64,000 bases of DNA from Eledone cirrhosa (GCA_964016885.1 OZ024742.1:229090001-229154000), one strand, 5' to 3'. Positions 23,746 through 37,214 are shown, counted from the first letter of the stretch. Translations and numbers: made by a program. The notes: a model not told the origin generated them from the sequence alone.

Positions 23746-23806
23746 TTTCAATGTGAATAAAACATTGATATGGATTTAATGTATGTATTCATGTATGTAT
23801 ATGTAC

Positions 23807-23870
<64 letters not shown>

Positions 23871-23874
<4 letters not shown>

Positions 23875-24062
23875 GCTTTCACCGTATTTTTGACTAAAGG
23901 AATTTTAGCCTGATAATGGGGTTTAGAACCCTCAGGTAAATGGAAAAAGATGAGTATTGACGTACATGTACGTTAATACTCATCTTTTTCCATTTATCTG
24001 AGGGTTCTAAACCCCATTATCAGGCAAAAATTCCTTTAGTCAAAAATATGGTGAAAGCTATT
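23871..24062. repeat. 192-bp near-perfect palindrome between (TA)n tracts
   Basis: Symmetric about GTACATGTAC (~23962-23971), only a few mismatches. Confidence 0.9.
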
Positions 24063-24109
24063 CTATTTTCTAATTTCAAACCTGCTCACTGTTTCAAAAC
24101 ATACTTACT

Positions 24110-24111
<2 letters not shown>

Positions 24112-24193
<82 letters not shown>

Positions 24194-24293
24194 ATATATA
24201 TATATATGTGTGTGTGTGTGAATATATATATATATATATATTCCTTCCATATACTGTATCGATTGTGTTGTTATTTCTGTTTACCTTTTACAT

Positions 24294-24391
<98 letters not shown>

Positions 24392-24461
24392 AAAAGGTAA
24401 ACAGAAATAACACAATCGATACAGTATATGGAAGGAATATATATATATATATATATATATT

Positions 24462-24493
<32 letters not shown>

Positions 24494-24506
24494 CACATAT
24501 ATATAT

Positions 24507-24600
<94 letters not shown>
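24112..24600. repeat. Inverted duplication including microsatellite tracts; unique core 24240-24292 / 24388-24437
   Basis: TTCCTTCCATATACTGTATCGATTGTGTT..TTTACCTTTTACA is mirrored, as are the flanking (TA)n/(TG)n blocks. Confidence 0.8.
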
Positions 24601-24602
<2 letters not shown>

Positions 24603-24738
24603 TGAGTATATGTTGGTTGTTTGCCGATACCTCAGTATGCAGATTGGAGCACTCGACGAGTACGCAGCTTGGTTTGTTTACTAATGTAAAATAAGTAAGT
24701 CAAACATGTAAAATTTGGCTTTGTTTATTATAAATTCT

Positions 24739-24791
24739 CTGCCATATATATTTCGGTAACAGCTATTATTGGCTGTGACCTCTTCAGGCAG
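24739..24791 (-). ncRNA. Hammerhead motif with G at the cleavage position (probably inactive), within a TA-flanked ~315-bp element (24601-24915)
   Basis: Reverse complement CTGC-CTGAAGA-GGTCACAGC..GCTGTTACC-GAAA-TATATA-TG-GCAG. Confidence 0.6.
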
Positions 24792-24920
24792 TCCGAATTA
24801 ATGTGGAAAAGTCAGGTAAACATGTTGCTGAAGTGTGTTCTCCTCTGTCAATACATCGATATGTCCAGCTCCTGGGTGTGTTGTTAGTCCTCCGAAGAAC
24901 TGGAATCATATTTTAAATAT

Positions 24921-24979
<59 letters not shown>

Positions 24980-25011
24980 ATAAATTAACGGAGCCACAGA
25001 CTCTCGTTATT

Positions 25012-25080
<69 letters not shown>

Positions 25081-25266
25081 TATGTATGTATATATGTCTG
25101 TATATATATACCTCTATATATATATGCATGTATGTATGTATGTATCCATATATGTTTATATGTATGAGTATGTATATGTCTGTGCATGTGTGCACGCATG
25201 TATACACGTATTTGTGTATGCATGTATGTATATATGCACGAATATGTGTACTAGTGTGTATGTATG

Positions 25267-25304
<38 letters not shown>

Positions 25305-25774
25305 CAGGTATATGCGTATGTATGTGCATCTATGCATGAATGTATGCATGAATGTGCATATATGCATGCATGTATGTATGTATATATCCATTTATATATG
25401 TGTATATACACATATGTAGATGCACATATATTCGTATGAATATCGGCATGTAGATATGTAAGTATGTAAAAATAGGCAATTGCATATATTTGTATATATA
25501 AATGTATATATATGCATGTTAAAGTGAATGTTATTTTAAGTAGCGAAGATAAATGTTATTGTAACCAGTGTAGTATATAATGCTGTGACTATTACAGTAA
25601 ACGCTATTATTATAGGCAATAGTGGACGATTTATTGTTAATGCCCGTTAGATTGAATGCTAAACATTACCGTTAGAAGGAACATTATATATTGTACCGTT
25701 TCTCACACTGTAGTACTTAGAAATGTTTCATGTAAAACGGTTTGGTTTTCCTGTGAGATTCATATTTATCAGTG

Positions 25775-26090
25775 TGCGGCTTCATGGATAAAGTGGTCAG
25801 CTCATGACAACAAGATTGTGAGTTTCATTTCCAGCAGCGCGTTGTGTCTTTCAACGAAACACTTTATATCACTTTACTCCAGTTCAATTTATTAGAAAAA
25901 ATAGATTGTACATGTAATTCAAAGGGCCAGCCTTATCAACACTGAATCAAGCTGAGAATTACGTTATGGGTGAACATATCTGTAGAATACTCAGCTTCCT
26001 GCATGTTAATTTGACGAATAGGCTGTACAAACGTTCGAAGAACTGGAACACTCTGGTCATCCAAACCGATGTACGTCCAATAAAAAAGTC
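25775..26090 (+). mobile_element. Diverged tRNA-derived SINE (family B-like)
   Basis: tRNA-like head, GCGCGTTGTGTC..ACACTTTAT segment also seen at ~27640 and ~28040. Confidence 0.5.
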
Positions 26091-26510
26091 AATTATATAA
26101 GAAATATGGTTTAGTAAGGTTAATACCATAGTAATGTTGTCCATCTTCAAAGTTGTGGTATCTATGTAGATGAAATGTGCACTATATTAACGATTGACCT
26201 TACAGAAAAATATTTGTAATAACTGACGTGAAAATGGCTGATTCAGCGTGACACACGTACAGGTACAACTCGGTCTGAGTGTGTTACTGAAGGATATAGC
26301 GCACCACCTGCAATCGAACTCATGATCATACGGTCACGTGCGAAACACCCGAATTATAATTGATACTATTATACCAAAACCAATTGCGATGGATTGGTGT
26401 CAATGAAATAAAGTATCACTAAAGTACTGGGATCGATATAGTTGGATTTCACTTCCCACAGATTGTAGACCTTGTGCTCGGGTTTGAAAGCATTATATTA
26501 GAGACACAAG

Positions 26511-26946
26511 TCGGTGAATTGGCAGTATCGGTAGAGGGTTGGACACCATGTTTTCTAGCATAGTTACGTCTCTTTACAGTCTGAGTTCAAATGCCGCCGA
26601 GGTTAACTTTGCCTTTCATCCTTACGGGGTCGATAAAATAAAGTACCAGTAATGTACTGGTTAATTTGCTGGCCTTGTGCCTAAAGTAGAAACAATTATA
26701 TTAGAGACACATTATCACCGTGGTCAAATTTGCCTTTCATCCTTACGTGGTCGATAAAATAAAGTACCAATAACACACTGGGGTCAATTTAATCGACTTT
26801 CTCTCCCTCAAAACTGTTGGCTTTGTGCCTAAATCAGGGTGGGGAACTGGCAGAACCTCTATGGCAGAACCTCTTGGCCCTTAATATTCTGATTTGAAAT
26901 GCCACTGAGGTTAATTTACTTTCATCATTATGGGGTCGATAAAATA
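26511..26946 (+). mobile_element. Cluster of three SINE family A copies or fragments
   Basis: Repeated (T)TTCATC.TTA.G.GGTCGATAAAAT motifs at ~26613, ~26734 and ~26920. Confidence 0.8.
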
Positions 26947-27574
26947 TTAAAGAAACGTTTACGATTGACTGCTAGACGACAGATTCGGTGGGAAATGAGA
27001 TTTAGCAGTTAAATTGATGTCAATTTAAAGGTTAAAAGTTTTTGTGAGAATTCAAACGCTGATAGCCAGCATAGAAATGAATGTCTTTTGATGATAAAAT
27101 CAATATAGTTTAACACTGGAGGATATAGACGTTAGTTTTTGAACATTTTTATAAAATTGATAAATGGCACTGATAACAAGTTATCATAACAGAATAAGAG
27201 AATACCACCTGAGTGCACTAATATTCCAAGTCTTGCTTATTTTCCCTCATGTGTTGTCATCATATGTCTAACCATTTATTTGCTCTTTATTGAAGTATTT
27301 GGTTTGTCTAATCTAGTCATCTAATCTCGCCGTTTATTTCATTCTTTACCTGTTTTTCATTCATCCATCTTTCATTCACCTCTCTATTTGTCTCTTCAAA
27401 CTGTCTGTCCTCTCAATATTTTCTTTTCTATATTCATATAACCGTTGTTTTATTATCTGTAATTATAGTTATCTGCATTATATATTACTGAGAGTAATAA
27501 GCTATATAATATGTTCTGATTGTAAATTTTTAAAAAATAACTTATATAATATTCTAAATTCTGTGTTACAGCAA

Positions 27575-28130
27575 TTAGTGGAGGTTTAGTGGTTAGGGTA
27601 TTCGGCTCACGATCGATATATCGATTCTCGAAACAGGCGGTGCGTTGTGCCTGAAGCTAGACACACTAATACTTGTTGCCCCAGTCCACACAGAAGGAAA
27701 CATGAGTTGCGTCAACAATGATACCAAGCTTTTGTCTTTTCCGTAGATAACATTGGTGTTTTGGAGAGGAGAGACTGTCATGCATGGACAAATGCTAGTC
27801 TTTCATAAAACAACCAGATAGGCTAGGGTCGCGGTGAGGGAAACCCGTGGGTAGTCATACTCGAGGAGGTTTCTTTCCTTTTTTTTGTAGTGCAATATCG
27901 AATCTGTAAACCGATTTCCATTTTCAACCGTAGCCATTTCATTTCATGCCGATATTTATATAGAAACCGCACGACATAGTTGTTAGGGTGTTGGACTGAT
28001 TATCATAGGCCAGAGGTTTAATTCTCAGTGCCGGAGACACAGTATGTCCTTGAACAATGCACTTAGTTCATTTTACATTATTCCAGTTCACCAAAGAGAA
28101 ATTCAGTACCTGTGGCAGCTGAAGGTAAGC
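27575..28130 (+). mobile_element. tRNA-derived SINE copies (family B)
   Basis: TAGTGGTTAGGGTATTCGGCTCAC head; CATTGGTG..GGAGAGGAGAGACTG.CATGCATGG body shared with 39445-39545. Confidence 0.6.
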
Positions 28131-28804
28131 AGTATCACAGACTGGTGTTCTGTCCAAAGCGGAAATGAGACGATATGATCTGTTACTTGAATATAAAGTT
28201 TATTGGTGATGCGTTAGTACAATACTACCATATGTGATCGAAACTATGCCACAGCCTATAGAGTCTGCAGACCATACATACCATACAATCGGTTGGATTC
28301 AAAACAAGGGCCAGATATTCTTTTAAGATATTTTTTTTAAGCATGTTAAGTCAACTGTGAATATATATTTATATTTAATGTTTAGAAATTAAGAGCTACA
28401 AACAACATGCGCTAGGGTCTTCGTCTTCCTTCTCTATGTAAATGAAATTTTGATAAATTAAGAATTTGTCGAGTACGGCATTCGGTACATTTTACACTAG
28501 AAAATGTTTATCCGAACAAATTCATGCCAATGGTATCTCAGATTATGTTCTCTTAGCTCCTTTTACACTCAAAAGTCATTGGGTTGTTTTTCTCTGTCGT
28601 AAGACTTTATATATTCATGTTTCGTAGGTTTTTCAACTTACATTGTTGTTTTACTGTCTCTAAAACATCGTTTAAAAGTATGTAATTTATTCACAAACAT
28701 TGACGCACAGGAGAGATCCTGCGAGGACTAAAACTTAATGATTAATTCTCGGGGTGGCTGACGAGAGATATAATATTCCTTTTGTCCCTTCTCTCTCTTT
28801 TTCT

Positions 28805-28995
28805 CATTCTCGCGTGTTTTTCCACACACAGACAGACACACACACATATATATATACACATATATATGTGTGTGTGTGGAAAAATATTCTCGCGTGTTTT
28901 TCCACACACACACATATATATATATATACATATATGTGTGTGAGTGGAAAAACATTCTCGCGTGTTTTTCCACACACACATATATGTGTGTGTGT
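28805..28995. repeat. Three ~80-bp compound repeats of ATTCTCGCGTGTTTTTCCACACACA + microsatellite
   Basis: Unit seen at ~28806, ~28886 and ~28953. Confidence 0.75.
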
Positions 28996-29394
28996 ATATA
29001 TATATATATAATTGCTATTAGATGCAAAAAATAACCCCTATATCTACGAAAATGTGCAGGTAGTTTTCGTTATCTTTTGTGTCTATAAAGAATGAAGGAA
29101 ATAACTCAGAGACCTTTGATCATCTTTATAGCTATCACCTAAAAATAACTATCTCCAGATACGTTTATTCTATCATAAGGTCTGATATCTATCTATCTAT
29201 CTCCGGATGGTATAGACGTTCTTCACATCGGCTCCTCGAGTATTGGAGATATTACGTGTTAACAGTTTGTCTGTATTCTTGCGTTATTGTGTTAATTAAC
29301 CCCCTTGTCTTCGGACATTAGGGTTAATTTACTTCACCCCTTTTGGGGTTAAATTGTTCATCCTAAAAATCTTGTAATTGTCTCTACGCCAGTG

Positions 29395-32300
29395 GTAATG
29401 GAAGCCATTACCACAGGTAACGATGACACGCCCACTAAGCAAACAAAAAAACACCGATTTTGCCCACACCAACAACTACAACACTACCAACACAACCTTA
29501 ACCACAAAAACAACTAACACCACAAGTTAAAACACAACTGAAAACAATCAACCGCCCCCCCCCCCGCAGAAACAAATACAATAACACCCACACCACAAAC
29601 ACGAGCCGAAAATGAACCCCTTCCCTCGAATACGGAAGACGACCCCCTTTCGTCGTCAGACGAGGGGGGGGGGTACTTTCATAAAGTTAAAAGAAAAAAA
29701 AGAAAACACACCACAGGAACACAAATACAAACAACCCCTCCCCAATACATAACACAGACATCAACACAAAAAAAAACCCACACAACAAGAACAAACAAAA
29801 AACATCACTCAAAAAGAAAAATATGCATACACTTACATAAATACAATAAACAAAAAACTGTTAAACGTTATTTATAACAACAACTTAATAAAAACCGAAG
29901 GTTCGAATTTCGCACAAGCAGCGGGGCTTCCCCATCTAAAAATGATAAAAGTCCCAATGGACATTTACAAAACGTTAAGACACTTTTAAAGAGGACGTGG
30001 GGCCTCTCTGCGTCAGACCCATTAACCGTGTCCTCCTAACCCCCCCCCCCCCTCCCCGACACCCACACAACTCCAAACATCTCAACCCCACCACACACTG
30101 ATGCCCCTACACTTCCACAAACCATCACCCCACCCAACAACCCATCCGCCACCCCCATGGAAATTGTGCGGCCCGGTCCCCGGGACGCAGAGAGGTAAGT
30201 GCCTTTTCTCTTTACCACCAACATGGCTGTGTTGAGAATAGGTTGTCTAAATGCGCGTGGCCAGGGCTCACCTTGGAAGCAAGCAATGCTTCTAAATGAC
30301 CTCAGGTCACGATGTATAATTGTGATGGTTATTTGCGAGGCACGGATCAGCAGCGTGCGACCGCTGGCCCCCACCTTTGTTGACTTTGAAATGCACAAAT
30401 CTCTCTGTCAGCCCGGAGGTGGGGGTAGGGTTGTCGTTCTGCTGCAAAAACATATGGGTCTCGCTACACAGACGGTACACTTGGACCCGGAGGGTCGACT
30501 AGTGGTTCTGGACCATGGCAGTGGTGAAGGCGGAGATTAAAGGCTGGTCGCCGTCTACGGCCCTTTTGGGTCAACGCGGCCGGACTCCTTCCATCGTCTG
30601 GAGACTTTTCTAGACTTTTCTCCTTGATTTTAGTTGGGGACTGGAATGGTATCCTAGATGCACGTTAGGACTATGTAGAGGCATGTCCTGATAGAGCGGG
30701 TTGTAACAGCCTCAAGGGGTTAATTGGCCGATTCGGCCTGGCCGATAGATATCGACTAGATTTCCCGACTGTGCCAACCTGGACTTGGAGAAACCACAGG
30801 GGTCAATCTAGATCGTACCTAGATAGGTTCTTAGTTATAAATAAGGATAGGGACTTTTTAAGTTGTCCAAAAATGCTCATGGTTGGCTATTCAGACCACA
30901 AGTTAGTGACCTCCATGTCAACCTTGATAGAACGCATAGACAGGGACCCGGTTACTGGATGCTCAACTTGTCCTTACCGGCAAGTAAAGCTTACAGGAAC
31001 CGGATTAGTACTTTAGTTAAGTAGTGGTTGACGGGCGCCATCGTCAACAGCAGGTGGTGGGCTCTCTCAAAAGAGAGATTAGAGTAGCTTCAATAGGAGT
31101 TAGTAAGTAGTTAGCCTCAGATAGAAATAGGAAGGAAAGGGAGTTGGTAGATAGTGTAGAAGAGGCAATTAGAAGCGGCGACGTAGCCAGAGTGCTAGCG
31201 TCGAGAACGGCCTTGGGCCAGTTCTTCGACGCGAATCACGAAGGCTGCGTTGTCCGAAGCAAAATACTTGCTCTGGGAAACGAGGGGACCAAAGCTGTTA
31301 GCTGGGCCCGCGTGACAGAAGCTAAAAGTGGGACTAGATCAACTATCCGGTCTTTGCGAGACCAGAATGGACGGGTGATCCTTGAACCTAAGCAGATGTG
31401 CGAGGCCTTTCAAAGGCACTTTGCTCGATTGTTCAGAAGGGACTAGGAGCCGGACGGGGATGTGGACCTCGGTCCATACCTCGTCGGCCTGCGCGTCTTT
31501 CGGACGAGGAGGTGAAGTCCTGCGAGGCGCCGATCTCAGCTGCTGAAATAGGGGACGTGCTGAGCCAATGCGGCAGACGCAAATCTCCGGGCCTCGATGG
31601 TCTTCCATACGAACTGTATTTAAGTATGCCGGACTTGTTCTTCCATCTCCTCGAAGCGGTCTACTGCAACTGGCAACAGAACGGGAGAATTCCCTGTTAT
31701 GTGACCAAGGGCGTAGTCTCGCTAGTGAGGAAGGACGAGAACAATGGGGATGAAATAAGTAATTTTAGGTCCATAACACTGCTAAATGCAGAGGTCAAGA
31801 TTTTGGCCAAGGTGTTAGCAAAGAGGTTGGCGCTTGTCGTGGGTAACCTGGTGGGAGATGCGCAGACATGCGCCATCCCGTCCAGGTCCGTTCACGACCA
31901 CCTCCATTTCATGCGATACAACATAGAGAGGGTTGGGAACGAACCCGGCTTTGGTGGGGCCCTGATCAACTTGGATTAATCTAAGGCGTTCGATAGGGTC
32001 GACGACCGTTACCGGGATGCGGTGCTAGTGGCGGAAGGTTTCGGACCCATTTCAGGGGCTGGATCACTGCCATGCACAGCAGCCGCATCTGCTCTAGTGT
32101 ATTGCTCTGTATGTATTGGCACTAGAGCCACTGCTGCAGAAGTTGGAGTTGTTACAGCGCATCCCTTTGGAACCGGGATTGCGGAAAGCGGTGTCGGCCT
32201 ACGCCGATGACGTGACAGTAATGGTGTCAACCGCCTCGTAAATCGGGGTGATCGGCACCTTACTGGAGGAATACGAAACGTTTACTGGGGCTAAGCTGAA

Positions 32301-33818
32301 CCGGGACAAGTCAGTCGGTTTGCAACTCGGTGAGTGGAGGGGAAAACCGATGGCCTCCAACGGCGTCGTCGTGTGAAGTTGCTCGGGGTCTGGTTCGGGC
32401 CAGATCTCCAGGTGGAGAAGAACTGGGGTGAGGTATCGAACAGGGTGTTTGCGCTGACGCGGAAGTGAGCTGAGTGCAAACTATCCCTGGCGGAGGTGGC
32501 GAACGCTTATAGAGCGTCCGTCATCTATTACAGCCTGACCGTCGTGCCTTGCCCAAGGGAAACGCTCGCCAAAATGGAACGCGCACTCTTCCAATTCCTT
32601 TGGAAGAAGCCGGCTCCTTTGGTGAGGAGATCCATATGCTGTCAACACCCTCCAAAGGGAGGGCTGGTGATGCCGTGGCTGCTGATGCGTAAACACGCAT
32701 TAAGGCTGCGGCACCTCCAGGTATTCCTCACCGGTCAACCGGTGTGGGCCCCGTTTGTGAGGCAAGCCTTTCCGAGACTCGTCTCGATCACTGAGCTGCA
32801 GTCCTGGGTAAAAGCGAACACAGAGAAAACTGGGCGCCTGGCCCACCGAGTGTGCCCAGGCGCTCACGGCTCTCTGGCAGGCGGACCCGGCTATCGGTGG
32901 AGACTCCACCGCGTCATTCTACAGAGGGCTGGTGGTTAGTAGGTGTGACGACGCCCTGGGACAAGCCCTAGGCATGGAGGAAGACGAACTGGCCAGCCTA
33001 TTCGGGAGGACATTTGGCCCGGGACCTATGGACAACTTCCAGGGGTCTCTGGCCTGGCAGTGCTACCGAGGGGCGCTGCCCGTTCGAGAAAAGCTCTACA
33101 GACACGGGCACCCGGGTAGGGACCCCTCGAAAAAAATCTGTCCCAGATGCGTGTGCAACGGAGAAACCGTTGCGCACGCATTGGTACACTGCTCGGGTGT
33201 TGCCGATCTGTGGAGCTATGTCGAACGACTGCTGTCAGGGGTGGGACCAATCCGGTTGACGACTGAGTCCATTGTAACGATCAAGCCGCCTCCCCTTTCA
33301 AAAGTGAAGGAGAGGCGGTCTTCCTCTGTGTAATAGCCATGGTGAAAGAGGTGGTATGGTGGACGAGGTTAAAAGGGCTGAGGTCGGACACCTTTCTCTC
33401 CGGCCAACAACTGGTCCTTTTCTTTAAATACCATTTTAAGAGAAGGATCAGAATGGAGAGAGAGGTGCTCTACCCCAGCAAGTTTTATGAAAGGTGGGTG
33501 AAAGTAGCGAGAATGGCCCGTGTGAATGTGCCTTCTCTCTTTATCAGCCTGTAGGTGGAAAGGTGGAAGTGCAAAGGAGCACCCCCCTCTGTGCTCCTAA
33601 GGAAAAGGGTTTCCCACTTTTCGGGTGCGTGTGTAACCCCCAAAACGCCTCCTCCCTATTGAGGACTGTATTGTTAATTTTATATTTATTTGTTTTTTTA
33701 CTCGTTCCTTTATGTAAACTCCCCCCTTGTATTTGTCTCCTTCGTTTGTGCCCTCGTGGCAAATAAATAGAAACTTGTCTGTCTGTCTGCTGTCTGTCTG
33801 TCTATCCACCTGTCTGCC
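29395..33818 (+). mobile_element. Tx1/L1-clade non-LTR retrotransposon, decayed, with ORF1 remnant, ORF2 and (TGTC)n 3' tail
   Basis: APE + RT + CCHC order; tail at 33776-33818; 5' boundary uncertain. Confidence 0.85.
30223..33554 (+). pseudogene. L1/Tx1 ORF2 (APE endonuclease, RT, zinc knuckle) with many stops and frameshifts
   Basis: LRIGCLNARG, LVGDWNGILD, SYLDRFLV, YSDHKLV, KSPGLDGLP, NFRSITLLNAEVKILAKVLAKRL, INLD*SKAFDRV, YADD (32200-32211), CPRC..ETVAHALVHC. Confidence 0.9.
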
Positions 33819-33822
33819 AGTT

Positions 33823-33842
33823 TATATATATATATAAATATA

Positions 33843-33885
<43 letters not shown>

Positions 33886-33898
33886 ATATATATATCTG

Positions 33899-33937
<39 letters not shown>

Positions 33938-34283
33938 GTGTGTGTGTGTATATATATATATGTGTGTGTGTGTATATATATGTGTGGGTGTGGGTGTGTG
34001 TATATATATGTGTGTGGGTGTGTGTGTGTGTATATATATGTGTGTGTGTATATATATATGTGTGTGTGTGTGTATATATGTGTGTGTGTGTATATATATG
34101 TGTGTGTGTGTGTATATATATGTGTGTGTGTGTGTATATATATGTGTGTGTGTGTGTATATATATGTATGTGTGTGTGTGTGTGTATATATATGTGTGTG
34201 TGTGTGTGTATATATATATGTGTGTGTGTGTTTGTATATGTATATATACATATTTTATATGTATGTTATGTATGTATATATAT
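33823..34283. repeat. Compound (TA)n(TG)n minisatellite
   Basis: Direct reading. Confidence 0.9.
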
Positions 34284-34890
34284 CAGGTCACCAGTTGGTG
34301 CTACTGGTAACATGTATCCCAGTACAACCTGTCTCATGGTCGGGTCGTTGGCGACTTATCTAGCAACCCCACCAAGGTTTCTTAGTGAGGAGGGTTACTT
34401 TGGACATCCTGCAGGTCTAAAAACAAAACCTGTCAAAGGGCAAAGGAGCTCTTAAGAGTCAATGGCCATCCAAAATCACCGGGAGAGATGACCCCTGAGC
34501 CTTTGTCAAGGCAGAATTCTAGGAGAAGGAAAACTCTGATATAACACCTGCAACCCTGATGGTATCCAATGATGTTGACTTGTTCTTCTTTTTGGTAAAT
34601 ATCATCTTGGTTAAGAGAGTGGGACTGGCTTTGTGCAGTGCCTTTGCTCACTATAAAAGCTTCACGGCACAGGCGTTGCTTTATATCTGGAGATCTCTCT
34701 GCACTTGTCGTCACATGGTACCATGGGCCCAGCACTATGTGTCAATAATTGTCACAAGTGTAGTGTTTGTACCAGAGTTTTCAAGTCGCTGGCTGGACTA
34801 AAAAGTCACATTCGTTCAGCGCATCGGTAGGGGTTCTCCTACATGGATATAAAGTAGTGGCCGTACTCGAAAACGAGTTGGCAGCCACCA
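34284..34890 (+). mobile_element. Internally deleted RTE-like element (5' UTR-like part + ORF C-terminal C2H2 finger + 3' end)
   Basis: 34753-34830 encodes HKCSVCTRVFKSLAGLKSHIRSAHR*; upstream GGAGAAGGAAAACTCTGA resembles RTE 5' UTRs; followed by (TA)n. Confidence 0.6.
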
Positions 34891-36535
34891 TGTATATATA
34901 TATATATATATATATACATTGTGATTTATGTTCTTATTCTTCATGATATTAATAGAGAAGGGGCAAATAACATTAACTTATCTCTCATCTCTGCACACAT
35001 TTCATTCTCATACGAATGCTTTGTTTCAAATACAATCTGACTTCTGGATTGTTTGCCATTCGCATTCATCATCTTATCCATTGTATTCAATAAGATTTAC
35101 TTTACTTTACTATATAAAAATACTTATGATTATTACTTACTATTCGTCTCTAAAATGTATCGACATTCCATACTTATACTAAAAGTTAATACTTAATTTA
35201 GTAAGTTAATACAGAATATTGTGATTACTAATTTGCCTTTTTTTTTTTTTTATTATTTCTTTCAAAGGAAGTTTCTAAATCGGGCGATGATGCCATTCGC
35301 AATAACATTTATCGAAAGATTCCAAAGATTTGGTGATCTTCAAAGACTCCATTAAGATAATTGATAAATCTATCTCCTGTGTACGTAACAAAAAGAGTAA
35401 ATTTCTTTTTTGATATTAGATTATTAGGATAAAGTTCAAAGTTATGTATATAAGCATCCTATTAAATACTATTTGAAAACTATGGAGAATTACTCTATCC
35501 TACTTGAGCTTTCCTTTTACTTGGGGATACAAGTTTAAAGTTCTATTATTACTGAGTATGCTAATATAGTTAATGCCAATATTATTTAGTTTAAATTGTT
35601 TAGGGAAAGCCGGTACAAAGCAAGTTGTGATATAAGCAGTGAAAACGTTACAATTCAAATTGTGATATAAGTAGTGGAAAGAAGAGTGAAGTAAAACAAA
35701 ACATCAGTTTACATGTTTAACTTATATTTATGATATTTTGAGGTGGAGACATCTTTTTCTAAAGAAAGAAAAATAAAGGTAATGTTGGAGGTTGTGTTAT
35801 AAACTTGTGAAATATGTGCTTAAAATGGTTTTATGAAAACCAATACGATTCAAGTTAAAAGAACAAAAACTGGAGTAAAGTATGACGTAATAAAGCGAAA
35901 GCTTACACTTATGATATATTTTCATGATATTTCGAGCTTAAGGCTCGCTTTACGTTTGAAAAAAAAAACGAGTCTTAACTCCCGTTTCCACTTCTCTGTT
36001 TTTAACTTGCACTGTATTGGTATTGTCATTTCAGCACATATTTTACATTGCTTCACAGAATTTAGGTCCTCTCGAGAATGAGAAAATGCAAAAATAAGAG
36101 AGATATAGAGGTTCGAGTCCCCTCTTTTATATTAGTTGACACGTTTTCACATTAAGAATTTTCCAGTTTTTTTAAATAAAAATTCTGACCGTGTATTTTA
36201 AAAACCGAACTTTATAAAACAATGTAGGGTCCACTTTAGACCTGCGATATAGCTTATATAATTAATGTATACCTTCTATTATCTACTATTGCGACTACCA
36301 TTTCTGCTTAAACATAATCGCTCCACTCTCTATGATTCTTGTTACTGTGTGTATCCGGGTTAGAAGTGGAACTTCATAGCCCTGTGTTGAGTACAAGGTG
36401 ATTAAAACGTTTGCCGCTAGGCTGCAAAATATCACCTCAAAAATGACCTCTTAGTAGGTAGGAAACCTGTTATGAGGGCTGCAAAGCTAACTCCTGCTTT
36501 GGAAAGGGAAACATGCTTTAAAACTCTTGTATTTA

Positions 36536-37118
36536 TCTATATATATAAAACTGAGGATGTTTGTGAGTTTGAATCCCTAAAACTAGAGAACCACCCAACC
36601 GACTGTTTTCAAACTTTACACATGTAATACTTATGTTTCAGGGAGTGTTCTGAGCAAAACAATTTCAAATTTTCAATGCCCTAGGGACCGCATTAGGCCA
36701 TTTAACGATCTCTCTCTATAATTCTTAGTCTTTATCTTTTTAGATAGATACATACATATAACGTCGTGCCCTTATAATATCTGTCTGTATGCATTACGTC
36801 ACTTCCTACAATTCGCTCTGCGTCCAGAACGCGTCCTTATAATATCTGTCTGTATGTCTGGCTGTCTGTTGCCTCCGGTTATTCAGCCACCCTTGCTCAA
36901 GACAAATCTCACACTCATTCCCCAAACAGTTGGTAAGTGCACACAACTTCTTCCTCACGTTTTAAGCCACAGTGTTGCTTACTTACGTACCACTTATTAC
37001 CACTTACTTACGTACCCTTACTTCTTTGCCAGCCGTGGTTGTAGCAATACTAAGCTTACTAATGCGGTTATATATTTCACAATACCTTATCCCGTGCAAC
37101 GCCGGGTACCACTGCTAG
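36536..37118 (+). mobile_element. Non-autonomous Helitron
   Basis: A|TCTATATATATAAAA 5' end; CCCGTGCAACGCCGGG hairpin then CTAG|T 3' end. Confidence 0.8.
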
Positions 37119-37214
37119 TTGATAATAAAGGAACAGAGCCGGTCCCGATCACTAGATAAACCAAAGGAAACGCTGTTTCCATTTTTTATAATTGCTGATG
37201 CTATCTTTTCATCA

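Noticed and set aside
28755-28800. CTGACGAG as a hammerhead core
   Set aside because: No matching helix II-GAAA-helix III follows
29640-29670. Minus-strand CTGACGA-C-GAAA
   Set aside because: No helix II or helix I; it lies in low-complexity ORF1-like sequence (DDPLSSSDEG) on the plus strand
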